A stretch of 39,226 bases of DNA, from NCBI GenBank assembly GCA_963776345.1, contig CAVZMH010000011.1, positions 1-39,226 of the forward strand. The letters are read 5' to 3'. The translations under genes were made by a program, and so were the position numbers. A model generated the notes under the pieces. It searched no databases, was not told the DNA's origin, and saw only the letters and a list, made by a program, of their open reading frames with translations. The DNA is from an uncultured delta proteobacterium. GTDB lineage: Bacteria; Myxococcota; Myxococcia; Myxococcales; Myxococcaceae. Below are positions 1 to 8,952 of this stretch, in pieces (within the stretch, counting starts at the first letter, position 1; each line of letters begins with the position of its first letter).

Positions 1-126
1 GTGAGCACCCCCGCCGAGCGCCTCCGGCCCGACTCTCGCGGCCCGTTCCGGCCGAGCGGCGCCGCCCGCCACTCGTCCGTTACTCGGCCTCCGCCGCGAG
101 AACCCGGGTTTGTTCTTCCTTGGATC
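1..126 (+). mobile_element. Repeat copy 1: putative IS91/ISCR-like oriIS end (non-autonomous; may extend upstream of the window)
   Basis: Matches 2368-2492 except for 1 substitution and a 1-bp indel. Nested inverted repeats at 34-41/94-101 and 50-56/83-89. Ends GAACCCGGGTTTGTTCTTCCTTGGATC. The repeat is seen directly; the oriIS identity is inferred. Confidence 0.6.
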
Positions 127-293
127 GGAAGGGCGTCGCTCGCGTGCAGGATCACGGCCTGGGCCGCTGCGCGCGACGACGAGTGAGCCGCCAACACGAC
201 GGCATTACGCGATGAAGACCCTCTACTACGGCGTCGAGCCGTTCACGGTCATCTCGATCCCGAAGTGACGCGCCATCTTCCAGCGCGACGACT

Positions 294-818
294 TCATGAC
301 CGTCCCACGCTCGCGCCCAGGGTGACGAGAAGCTCGTCCAGTTGCTCGAACGTCTCGCCCATCCCACTCGTACTTCCGGAGGCGATGGCAGCGTCGAGAG
401 CTTCCTTCGAGGGATAGAGGTCGTGCATGACGACCAGCGTCTTGCCGCCTTTCTCCTCGAAGGTCACCGTGGTGACGGCCCCACCGTCACCACCTTCGTC
501 ATTCGTCCAGACGAGGCGCGAGTGCGGTGTCACTTCGATGTACCTACCGAAGAACTCCATCGGCTTTGAGGCAGCGTGGCCGAACACGAAACGGTACCTG
601 CCCCCGACACGAACATCGGCCTCGCAGGAAAGGAGGGACACGCCAAACGACTTCGGTACCCACCACCGCTTGAGCAGCTCGGGCTTGGTCCACGCCTCAA
701 ACACGATGCGCGCCGGGCCGTTGAAGGTTCGCGTGACGACGAGCTCACGCTCGGACTTCCGTTCCACCGTCGTGCGGTTCTTCACGGGGGTGGGCTCACT
801 CTCTCTTCTTGCGTCCAT
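294..818 (-). CDS. SRPBCC/AHSA1-like family protein
   Basis: ELVVTRTFNGPARIVFEAWTKPELLKRWW...DVRVGGRYRF...GRYIEV pattern; overlaps the upstream ArsR gene, a common pairing. Confidence 0.9.
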   Translation of the reverse strand: MDARRESEPTPVKNRTTVERKSERELVVTRTFNGPARIVFEAWTKPELLKRWWVPKSFGVSLLSCEADVRVGGRYRFVFGHAASKPMEFFGRYIEVTPHSRLVWTNDEGGDGGAVTTVTFEEKGGKTLVVMHDLYPSKEALDAAIASGSTSGMGETFEQLDELLVTLGASVGRS

Positions 819-1161
819 CGACCTTCTCCTTCCGTTTCAGTTCCTCGACAACCTTGTCCAACTCGTCGAAGCGTGAGGCCCAGAGCTGGCGGTACCTCTC
901 GATCCATGCCGTCTCTTCCTCCAGTCGGCGCGGGCCGAGCTTGCAGGTCCGCACGCGCCCGACCTTCTCCGTGGCGACGAGCCCGGCCTGCTCCAAGACG
1001 CCGACGTGCTTCTTCATGCCCGTGAGGGTCATGTGGAACTTCTCGGCAAGGTCCGTGATCGAAGCGTCTGCACGTCCGAGCTGCTCCAGAACGCCGCGTC
1101 GGGTCGCGTCCGAGAGCGCGGCGAACGAGGCATCGAGGCGGGTACCCGAATACTGAACCAT
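796..1161 (-). CDS. ArsR/SmtB family transcriptional regulator
   Basis: FAALSDATRRGVL...KHVGVLEQAGLV..EKVGRVR wHTH motif; start placed at ATG 1161. Confidence 0.9.
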   Translation of the reverse strand: MVQYSGTRLDASFAALSDATRRGVLEQLGRADASITDLAEKFHMTLTGMKKHVGVLEQAGLVATEKVGRVRTCKLGPRRLEEETAWIERYRQLWASRFDELDKVVEELKRKEKVDGRKKRE

Positions 1162-1173
1162 GTGGTTCAGTAT
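1150..1173. promoter_or_regulatory. Palindromic operator over the ArsR start codon
   Basis: ATACTGAACCA-TG-TGGTTCAGTAT has perfect 11-bp arms; ArsR genes are commonly autoregulated. Confidence 0.7.
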
Positions 1174-1399
1174 GTAGCGCACGGATTGGCGGCATGCAAG
1201 GGGAGGCCGAGCGCGCGCTGCGGGGCCGGCCGCCTTCGCCCCAAAATCCACGCCCAAGTCTTTGATCGAGCGCGTCGCCGGACGTACGGGCCTTTGCCTA
1301 TGCGAATGATGGTTCAAGCCGAGAGCCAGATCCGCAAGACGACCCCCGTGGTGATCGTCCTCAGCTCATTCCGTGACGGACGTCGTCCCCTTCCCCCTG

Positions 1400-1487
1400 G
1401 CCAGGCTCCGGCCCGACGTCGTCCCCGCCCCCGCTGCCCCCACGCCGCTCGCCGACAGAGCCTCCTGCACGGTGCCAACCAGGCCCG
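1400..1487 (+). pseudogene. IS91/ISCR-like transposase scrap (ARLRPDVVPAPAAPTPLAD)
   Basis: The 5' part matches about 15228-15266; the 3' part (1431-1487) matches 2275-2331 with 4 mismatches in 57 bp. Confidence 0.55.
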
Positions 1488-1567
1488 TCCCCCTGCTCGA
1501 GGGGAAGCGAATTGGGGCTCCTTCGACAACTGATTCAGCGGAAGCGGCGCCGGTTCCCAACTCCCGG

Positions 1568-2017
1568 CTAGGAGTGGAAGTGAACTCCTGCGACGATCTC
1601 TATCCCGATGATCAAGGCAACGACCCAGTCGACGGCAGCGCAGAATGGCGGCCACCACCGGGTTCCGGACACGAACTGACGGCGTTGCTGCCATGCATCT
1701 TTGACCCCGTGGGCCGCGAGCCCGAATGCGAGCAGCCACGCCGATCCTGTGATGCCGGCCGTGGCGACGAGCACGAATGCCATCGCGACGACACACTCGA
1801 CTACGATAACCCTCACCCGTCCGTCGGCCACCGCGAAGCCGATGTAGACGAACGCGATCACGGCCAGTCCGACGGCATAGACGGTCGCCGCATCAAGCCA
1901 CCAGAGGGCGAGCGGCGTCGCAGCCTGGGCCACGCCAACGATGATTCCCCAGGCGATGCCTGCACGCATCGACGGCTTCTCGGCGGGGAGGGGAGAGCTC
2001 GCGCTAGGAGCTGTCAT
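1568..2017 (-). CDS. Hypothetical multi-pass membrane protein (DUF6010-like)
   Basis: 149 aa, hydrophobic; YIGFAVADGR...HGVKDAWQ...TRWWPPFC; GGAGG upstream. Confidence 0.7.
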   Translation of the reverse strand: MTAPSASSPLPAEKPSMRAGIAWGIIVGVAQAATPLALWWLDAATVYAVGLAVIAFVYIGFAVADGRVRVIVVECVVAMAFVLVATAGITGSAWLLAFGLAAHGVKDAWQQRRQFVSGTRWWPPFCAAVDWVVALIIGIEIVAGVHFHS

Positions 2018-2274
2018 GGACGACCTCCTTCCGAGGACCCCGCGTCGGTGTGGCGCGCGTCTGCCTCGTCGGTCCTCGACAGTACAGCGACTGCGCCGCG
2101 GACGGCCTCGATCACTGAATCTGCCCCTTCCGGGCCCCTCCGGGCTCGAGTTATCGGACGCTCGAACCGCGGGTTCAACTTCATTACCCGCTCGGCTGCG
2201 CGAGGCGCTCGAAGTCGAGTTCGCTCAAGCCGTCCTCGACCCCCTCCCCGACTCGGAGGAGGTCGACACCGGCG

Positions 2275-2492
2275 CCGCTGGCCCCACGCCGCTCGCCGAC
2301 ACAGCCTCCTGCACGGGGCCAACCACGCCCGACCGCCCAAGCCGGCCTCGCCGCCCCATCCCCTGCGGTGAGCACCTCCGCCGAGCGCCTCCGGCCCGAC
2401 TCTCGCGGCCCGTTCCGGCCGAGCGGCGCCGCCCGCCACTCGTCCGTTACTCGGCCTCCGCCGCGAGAACCCGGTTTGTTCTTCCTTGGATC
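2275..2492 (+). mobile_element. Repeat copy 2: internally deleted IS91/ISCR-like element (transposase scrap fused to oriIS-like end at 2368-2492)
   Basis: PTPLADTASC...RPRRPIP scrap joined directly to the 125-bp end repeat terminating CTTGGATC. Confidence 0.6.
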
Positions 2493-2614
2493 AGCGTGTT
2501 CTCGCTTGACGCGTACGCCGAAAACCTGACGTCCTCTTCCGAAATGCGCCGGGAGGGTGTGGACTGACCGAGGAGCACCAGACGGCTTCGGTGGCGGGCG
2601 CGGCCGGAGACACC

Positions 2615-4870
2615 ATGCCCTCGGCCGCGGAGACGCTCCTCGGTCGCTTCAGGCTGCTGCGGCGAATCGGCGCGGGCGGGATGGGGGAAGTCTTCGAGGC
2701 ACGCGACCTCTCGCTCGGAACGACGATCGCGCTGAAGACGGTGCGCCAGGAGATCGCCTCCGACCCCGGAGCGCTGGAACGACTGCGCCGCGAGGTGGTC
2801 CTCGCGCGAAGCGTCACCCATCCCAACGTCTGCCGGGTCTTCGAGTTCTTCGAGGCTCCGGACACGGCCTTCCTGACCATGGAGTTCCTCGAGGGAGTGA
2901 CGCTGTCCGAGCGGCTGAAGCGAGCGGGCGCGCTCTCGACGAGGGAGGCTCTCGAGGTGCTGCGGGAGGTCGCCGCCGGGCTCGAGGCCATCCACCAGAG
3001 CGGGATCGTTCACCGGGACGTGAAGGCCGGGAACGTGCTGCTGGTCGAGGACGCCCGGCGCCGAGCAGTGGTGACCGACTTTGGCATCGCCCTGGGTGGA
3101 GCGGGCGAGCGGTTGACCGCGGCGGGCGGGGTGGTGGGAACCCCGGCGGCGATGGCACCCGAGCAGCGTTCAGGCAAGGAGGTCTCTCCGCGCACGGACG
3201 TGTATGCCCTCGCCCTCCTCGCCTGCGAGATGGTCGCCCCCCACGGCGACGGGGTCGGGCTGGAGGGGGTGCCTCGTCGCTGGCGAGCCCCGCTGGCGCG
3301 GTCGCTCGCCGCGGATCCGCAGCGGCGGCATGCCTCCCCGACGGAGCTGGTGTCCGCGCTGGGGGCGGGACGGCAGCGGTGGTCGGGGTGGGCAGCGGTC
3401 GTGGGGGCGCTGCTGCTGGCAGGGGCAGCCGGGCTGTTCGTGGCGCGGGGGCCAGGAGGGACTGCCGTCGATCGCCGTTCGCTGGCGGTTCTGCCGCTGG
3501 CAAACCTCGGCGGTGATCCGTCGGACACCTGGTTCTCGGATGGTCTGACCGATGACATCCTGACCCAGCTCGCGCACGTCCCGGGCCTGAAGGTCATCTC
3601 CCGGACCTCGTCCATGGCCTACCGGAACAGCAGCAAGCCCATCCGGCAGATCGCGTCCGAGCTGGGAGTCGCGGTGCTTCTCGAGGGCAGCGTGCGTCGG
3701 GCCGACGGCCGGGTCCGCATCACCGCCCAGCTCGTCGATGCCCGCAACGACCGGCAGCTCTGGGCCGAGACCTACGACCGTGACGTTCGGGCGGTTCTCG
3801 ATCTCCAGACCGAGGTGGCGCAGAGGGTGGCCGCGGCGTTGAAGCTGCGGCTGGGATCGGGCGAAGGGGCGCAGGTCGGCCTCGGCGGAACCCGGAACCC
3901 GGAGGCCTACGACGCCTACCTGAGAGGACTGTATGCCTCGGATCGATGGGAGCTCGCGCGCGAGAACCTCGAGGCGGCGCCCGCTGCCTTCGGCCAGGCC
4001 ACGGAGCTCGATCCCGGTTACGCGCTCGCCCACGCCCAGCTGGGATACGCCTACGTCAGGCAGTTCCTGTACGAGGGTTACGAGCCCGATGCCCAGCGTC
4101 TGTACTTCGAGCGGGCACGCGATGCCCTCGGGCGGGCAGAGGCCCTCGCGCCCTCCCTGGCGCTGGTGCACGTGGTGCGGGCCGAGATGCTCTTCAGCCA
4201 GCAGGGCGGCTGGGATGTGGATGGGGCGCTCGCGTCGCTGCGCCGAGCGCGTGCGCTGGACCCCCAGGCGGGGCAAGTGGAGGCCGCCGGCCTGTTTGCC
4301 CACATCGGGCTCGCAGACCAGGCGGTCCGGGAGGCCGTGGCAGCTCTGGACCGCGACCCGGCCAGCGCGCGGGCGCTCGGTGCGGTGGTGGAGGCCTACG
4401 CCTTCGCAGTTCGCTACCCCGAGCTGCTGGCCCGGCGCGGACAGCTCTCACCACCTCCGGAGATCCGTGGCTTCATCACCCTGGCGCTGCTCGGTGATCC
4501 GGCGGGCCGGGGCGAGCTCCGGAAGGCCGAGCTCGGGCAGCAGACGGTGCTGATCCGGGCCCTGATCGACGCGCTGGAGGGCCGCACCGCCGACGCCGAG
4601 CGAGCGCTCCGTTCCTATTCCACCCAGGGCGAGGAGAGACGCCGCTACTACCACCACTTCACCTTCTACCGGGCGATGGGGTTCGCGCTGGTGGGGCACC
4701 CGGACGAGGCGGTGCGGTGGTTGCGGAAGACCGCGGAGTCCGGCTACCCGAACGTGGTTGCCTTCCGCCGCGAGCCCCGCCTGGCCAGCCTGCACGGGCA
4801 CGCCGACTACGAGCAGCTCCTCGCCGGGCTCGAGGCTCGGCGCGCCCGCTGGGCGGCCGAGAACCCGTGA
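2615..4870 (+). CDS. Ser/Thr protein kinase with TM segment, TolB-like (SLAVLP.AN) domain and TPR-like repeats
   Basis: GAGGMGEV, IALK, HRDVKAGN, DFG and MAPE motifs; SLAVLPLANL...DGLTDDI...EGSVRR; alternative GTG start at 2591. Confidence 0.9.
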   Translation: MPSAAETLLGRFRLLRRIGAGGMGEVFEARDLSLGTTIALKTVRQEIASDPGALERLRREVVLARSVTHPNVCRVFEFFEAPDTAFLTMEFLEGVTLSERLKRAGALSTREALEVLREVAAGLEAIHQSGIVHRDVKAGNVLLVEDARRRAVVTDFGIALGGAGERLTAAGGVVGTPAAMAPEQRSGKEVSPRTDVYALALLACEMVAPHGDGVGLEGVPRRWRAPLARSLAADPQRRHASPTELVSALGAGRQRWSGWAAVVGALLLAGAAGLFVARGPGGTAVDRRSLAVLPLANLGGDPSDTWFSDGLTDDILTQLAHVPGLKVISRTSSMAYRNSSKPIRQIASELGVAVLLEGSVRRADGRVRITAQLVDARNDRQLWAETYDRDVRAVLDLQTEVAQRVAAALKLRLGSGEGAQVGLGGTRNPEAYDAYLRGLYASDRWELARENLEAAPAAFGQATELDPGYALAHAQLGYAYVRQFLYEGYEPDAQRLYFERARDALGRAEALAPSLALVHVVRAEMLFSQQGGWDVDGALASLRRARALDPQAGQVEAAGLFAHIGLADQAVREAVAALDRDPASARALGAVVEAYAFAVRYPELLARRGQLSPPPEIRGFITLALLGDPAGRGELRKAELGQQTVLIRALIDALEGRTADAERALRSYSTQGEERRRYYHHFTFYRAMGFALVGHPDEAVRWLRKTAESGYPNVVAFRREPRLASLHGHADYEQLLAGLEARRARWAAENP

Positions 4871-4880
4871 GCGGTCATGG

Positions 4881-4976
4881 CGACTCTCGCGGCCCGTTCC
4901 GGCCGAGCGGCGCCGCCCGCCACTCGTCCGTGACTCGGCCTCCGTCGCGAGAACCCGGTTTGTTCCTCCTTGGATC
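4881..4976 (+). mobile_element. Repeat copy 3 of the oriIS-like end (96 bp, 5'-truncated)
   Basis: 3 substitutions relative to copy 2; same CTTGGATC end. Confidence 0.6.
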
Positions 4977-5049
4977 CGTTCGCGGACAAAGAGGCCGGGC
5001 GGCGGGGCAAGGGTTTACGCTCCGCGCCCTTCGCGCCAGAGGAGGCCCC

Positions 5050-7071
5050 GTGCTGCGTCCACTGCTCTTCGTCGCCCTCGTCGCCTCTCCGTTCGCCCGT
5101 GGGGCCAGCGTCGAGCGGTACGCGCTCGTCACCTCCACCGGACGGATCGGAACCCTCGCCGTGATGACGGAGGGTCGCGCGGTGGACGTGGACTGGCGCG
5201 TCGACGACAACGGCCGCGGGCCGAAGATCCGTGAGCACATCGTGCTCGGGCCGAAGGGTCTCCCGGTCTCCCGGGCGATCGAGGGCACCTCGACCTTCGG
5301 CGCCCCGGTGAAGGAGACCTTCGCCGTCGCGGACGGCCGGGCCCGGTGGACCAGCCTGGACGACCAGGGCGAGGCACCGGCGGGCGACGCGCTCTACATC
5401 GACAACCGCGGAAGCCCGTGGAGCCTCCTGCACTACGTCCGGGTCCTGCTGGCGAGCAAGGCGCTGACCCGCGCCGCGCTTCCCTCCGGATCGCTGCGGC
5501 TGCAGAAGCTGAACGAGGTGACCATCGGCCCCTCTCGGCAGAAGGTCCAGGCCTATGCCCTGTGGGGGACCTCGATCGGCAGCCCCACCCTGCTCCTGGT
5601 CCGGGGCACGACGCTGGTCGCCTCGGTCACCCCCTATGCCGTGTTGACGCTGGAGGAGCACGCCGGCCGCTTCGCGGAGCTGTCCGGCGTCGCCCGCGAC
5701 CTGAACGCGGAGCTGCTCCGGGACCTCGCCCGGCGCCTCACCCACCGCCCGGACGGTCCGGTGTGGATCACCCACGCCCGGCTGTTCGACCCGGTCTCCG
5801 GCACCGCCAGCACCGGACAGAACGTGGTGCTCTACCGCGACCGGATCGTCGGCCTGCGCGCGGACCCACCTCCCGCCGGAGCGACGGTGATCGACGCGCA
5901 GGGAGGTACCCTCCTGCCCGGACTCATCGACTCGCACGCCCACACCGGCGACTGGGACGGCCTGCTGGACATCGCCTCCGGGGTGACCCAGGTGCGAGAT
6001 CCGGGGAACGACAACACCTCGCTCCTCACGCTGATGCCGCGCTTCGACTCGGGAGAGCTGATCGGCCCCCGCGTCTTCGCCAGCGGCTTCCTGGAGGGGA
6101 AGTCTCCCTTTTCCGCCTCCGGAGGCTTCACGGTGACGACGCCCGAGGAGGCGGTCGACCGGGTGCGCTGGTACGCCGACCACGGCTTCTGGGGCATCAA
6201 GATCTACAACTCGATGCCGCCAGCCTTCGTGAAGCCGATGGCCGAGGAGGCCCATCGGCTGGGACTGCACGTCTCCGGGCATGTCCCGGCGTTCATGACC
6301 TCGGAGCAGGCCATCCGGGACGGATACGACGAGATCAACCACATCAACCAGCTGGTGCTGATGTTCGTGCTCCGCCCGGGCGAGGATCCCCGGACCCCGG
6401 TTCGCTTCACGGTGATCGGCGAGCGGCTGGCGGACCTGGACCTCCAGGGGCCTGAGTTCCGCCGCCTGGTCAACCTCATGAGGGAGCGGCGGACGACGCT
6501 CGAACCGACCATGGCCACGTTCGCGCCGCTCTTCGTCGGCCGTCCCGGCAAGGGCTCCCCCACCGACGCCCCGTGGATCGACCACGTTCCCGCGCCTGTT
6601 CAGCGCGATAGGAGGACGCTGGTCCTCGACGTGAAACCCGAGCAGTACGCCCGCTACGACGCGAGCTGGAAGAAGCTCGAGCAGATCCTGGTGACGCTGC
6701 ACCGCGAGGGCATCCCGCTCGTCCCGGGCACCGACGAGCTCGCGGGTCTCGTGCTGCACGGCGAGCTCGAGTCGTGGGTCACCGCAGGTCTCGCCCCGGT
6801 CGACGCTCTCCGGGCGGCGACGCTCGGAGGTGCGCGCTTCCTCGGCCGCGAGGCGGAGCTGGGAACCATCGCCGTGGGCAAGCGGGCCAACCTCTACCTG
6901 GTGGAGGGCGATCCGCTCACCGACATCCATGCCATCCGGAAAGGGCGGCTGGCGGTGAAGGACGGGGCGCTGTTCTACCCGGACGAGATCGACACCGCGC
7001 TGCAGATCACCCCCTTCGCCCGGCACGTCGAGCCCCAGCCCGCCGGGGTGGCGAAGCCCGCGAGCCGCTGA
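5050..7071 (+). CDS. Secreted amidohydrolase family protein
   Basis: GGAGG RBS then GTG 5050; signal peptide; IDAQGGTLLPGLIDSHAH metal motif; GTD; GTIAVGKRANL. Confidence 0.88.
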   Translation: MLRPLLFVALVASPFARGASVERYALVTSTGRIGTLAVMTEGRAVDVDWRVDDNGRGPKIREHIVLGPKGLPVSRAIEGTSTFGAPVKETFAVADGRARWTSLDDQGEAPAGDALYIDNRGSPWSLLHYVRVLLASKALTRAALPSGSLRLQKLNEVTIGPSRQKVQAYALWGTSIGSPTLLLVRGTTLVASVTPYAVLTLEEHAGRFAELSGVARDLNAELLRDLARRLTHRPDGPVWITHARLFDPVSGTASTGQNVVLYRDRIVGLRADPPPAGATVIDAQGGTLLPGLIDSHAHTGDWDGLLDIASGVTQVRDPGNDNTSLLTLMPRFDSGELIGPRVFASGFLEGKSPFSASGGFTVTTPEEAVDRVRWYADHGFWGIKIYNSMPPAFVKPMAEEAHRLGLHVSGHVPAFMTSEQAIRDGYDEINHINQLVLMFVLRPGEDPRTPVRFTVIGERLADLDLQGPEFRRLVNLMRERRTTLEPTMATFAPLFVGRPGKGSPTDAPWIDHVPAPVQRDRRTLVLDVKPEQYARYDASWKKLEQILVTLHREGIPLVPGTDELAGLVLHGELESWVTAGLAPVDALRAATLGGARFLGREAELGTIAVGKRANLYLVEGDPLTDIHAIRKGRLAVKDGALFYPDEIDTALQITPFARHVEPQPAGVAKPASR

Positions 7072-7091
7072 GGCGGGAGGGGAGCTAGCAT

Positions 7092-7117
7092 GAACCCGGT
7101 TTGTTCTTCCTTGGATC
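7092..7117 (+). mobile_element. Repeat copy 4: minimal 26-bp oriIS-like end
   Basis: GAACCCGGTTTGTTCTTCCTTGGATC, identical to the end of copy 2. Confidence 0.6.
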
Positions 7118-7122
7118 TGAGG

Positions 7123-7155
7123 TGACCTGCCCCCCTAGAGACGGGGGGCAGGTCA
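7123..7155. repeat. Perfect 13-bp inverted repeat (TGACCTGCCCCCC-N7-GGGGGGCAGGTCA)
   Basis: Seen directly; could be a hairpin or collapsed IS3-family termini. Confidence 0.75.
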
Positions 7156-7297
7156 TCGGCATCCTCGCGGTCAGCGTGACTCGGCGAGCCGCTGGCTGAG
7201 TGGACCTCGTCTCCCAGGAGTTCGCCACGGCCGTCCGCACTCGAATCTCGGGTACAGAACGCCCATCGAGTTCAGTCGAGAGCAGGAGCAACAAACA

Positions 7298-8186
7298 TCA
7301 ACCCTCAGAGAGGCAGCCTTCACGCAACCACTGGTCCGATGAACGCCCAGCCCTTTTTTTGTAGCGCAAGCTGGCTTTCCACGGCGCCCGCCTCCTGCGA
7401 GCAGCCAGGACCATGCCGAGTAATCCCAACATCAGCGGTGTCGTGGCCTCTCCACTCCTGCCGCTGCTGCTGCAGCCACCCCAGGGTCGGACCATCACCT
7501 TCAGGTAGCCCGGCGCGGCGGCAGGAACGGGCAACGCCGGTGCCGGCTTCACCCCCACGGCGAAGAGATCGGTCCGGGCATCGACGGGCTCTCCGCGCGA
7601 CTGCTCTGGCGACATATAGGCCAGCTTGCCCCTCAGCATTCCCGCGGTGGTGGCCTGATGTCTCAGCTTGGCGATGCCGAAGTCCGCGAGCTTCACTGCG
7701 CCCTCGAACGACACCAGGATGTTGTGCGCGGGTCACATCGCGGTGAACGAGGCCCAGGGGGCGGCCCGCTTCGGTGAGGCGGTGGGCGTATCCGAGCCCG
7801 CGGAGAAGCTCGAGGCAGATGTGGGCGACCAGCATTGGGCCCGGCGGTTGACCGTGCTGGAACGCGCGCTTGAGCAGTTGCGCGAGTGACCGACCGCGCA
7901 CGTACTCCATGGCGAGGTAGTAGGTGTCGCCCACGCGATCGAAGTCGAAGATCTGGACAATGTTGGGGTGGTTGAGGCGGCTGGCCAGACGCGCCTCGGA
8001 CACGAACATTTCGACGAAGCTCGGCTCCGTCGCCAGATGGGCGCGAATACGCTTGATCACCACCTCCTTGACGAAGCCCTCCGGGCCGTGAACGGAGGCG
8101 AGGAAGATCTCCGCCATCCCGCCCTCGGCGAGCTTCCGGCGAATGACGTACCGCCCGATGTTCGGCTCAGGTGGCACGGAAATCAT
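7298..8186 (-). pseudogene. Frameshifted, truncated Ser/Thr kinase fused to PEGA-like and MYXO-CTERM-like scraps
   Basis: AEGGMAEIF, VVIK, HRDVT, then a frameshift near 7728, then KLADFG..YMSPE..DLFAVGV. Abrupt join near 7549 to [10 protein letters not shown] and [19 protein letters not shown]. Confidence 0.8.
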
Positions 8187-8213
8187 GAAAACCAAGGGAG
8201 ATCATCTGATCAC

Positions 8214-8236
8214 AACCCGGTTTCGTCTTTCACTCC
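8214..8236 (+). repeat. Degenerate copy 5 of the oriIS-like motif
   Basis: AACCCGGTTTCGTCTTTCACTCC compared with AACCCGGTTTGTTCTTCCTTGGA; intergenic between divergent genes. Confidence 0.35.
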
Positions 8237-8310
8237 GGCGGGACGACGAGACCCAGCTTGACACTCCTGAAGCGACGGTGCGCTCATGGACGCAACGAGG
8301 GGGGGGAAAC

Positions 8311-8904
8311 ATGCAAGGCCTGGGGCGTTGTTCCGCCGCGCTTCTCCTGTTCGCGGGAGTGGCGCAGAGCGGCTGTTCGTGGATCTTCATGTCGCGGGCT
8401 CCGGATCCGGTTCCGGTGCCGACCGCGCCAGTGGACTGCACGACATCGAGGGCGGCGCCGATCCTGGACACGATCTGCTCCGCGTACTTCGTGGCCAACG
8501 GCGTCGTCTTGGCGGCGTCGCAGACGTGCCCGAGCGCCACCGGCGGAACCTGCTTCGATCAGGGAACCAAGGTGGCGGGAATCATCACCTCGGCTGCGCT
8601 CGCGGGGGTCTGTGGGTTCTCGGCTGCCGCGGGGTTTGGGTACGCCAATCGCTGCGAGGAGACGAAGGAGGTCAACGGGCTGTGCATCAGCGGGAACGAG
8701 CGAGCCTGTCTGAAGCTCAACCCCGACTGGTCGCCCCCGCGCTTCGTTCCCGGGGCTCCCGCACAGCCTCCTGCGCCGCCCCCGGTGGCACCGCCTCCCG
8801 AAACGCCCGCGGTCCCACCTCCCTCCGGCCCTTCCCCGCCCTCGGCGACCCGCGTCGATCTCTTCGATCCAGCCGCGGTCGCCAGAGCACGAGCGGAGCA
8901 GTGA
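8311..8904 (+). CDS. Cys-rich putative lipoprotein with Pro-rich C-terminus
   Basis: G-rich RBS, ATG 8311, signal peptide ending QSGC, many Cys, internal hydrophobic segments. Confidence 0.7.
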   Translation: MQGLGRCSAALLLFAGVAQSGCSWIFMSRAPDPVPVPTAPVDCTTSRAAPILDTICSAYFVANGVVLAASQTCPSATGGTCFDQGTKVAGIITSAALAGVCGFSAAAGFGYANRCEETKEVNGLCISGNERACLKLNPDWSPPRFVPGAPAQPPAPPPVAPPPETPAVPPPSGPSPPSATRVDLFDPAAVARARAEQ

Positions 8905-8952
8905 CCTCGGGGGGGAGGACCTCCGCGTCGCCTACCGTTCGCAGCTTGCCTC

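Noticed and set aside
212..268. Short ORF MKTLYYGVEPFTVISIPK
   Set aside because: Probably the 3' scrap of some gene; too short to assign.
1235..1303. AFAPKS reading and CCTTTGCCTATGC as another transposase scrap or oriIS
   Set aside because: Matches are too short to distinguish from chance.
4807..7026. Long antisense ORFs (also 17233-20283, 25693-27756, 33191-35584)
   Set aside because: Shadow ORFs opposite well-supported genes in high-GC DNA, with no recognisable motifs.
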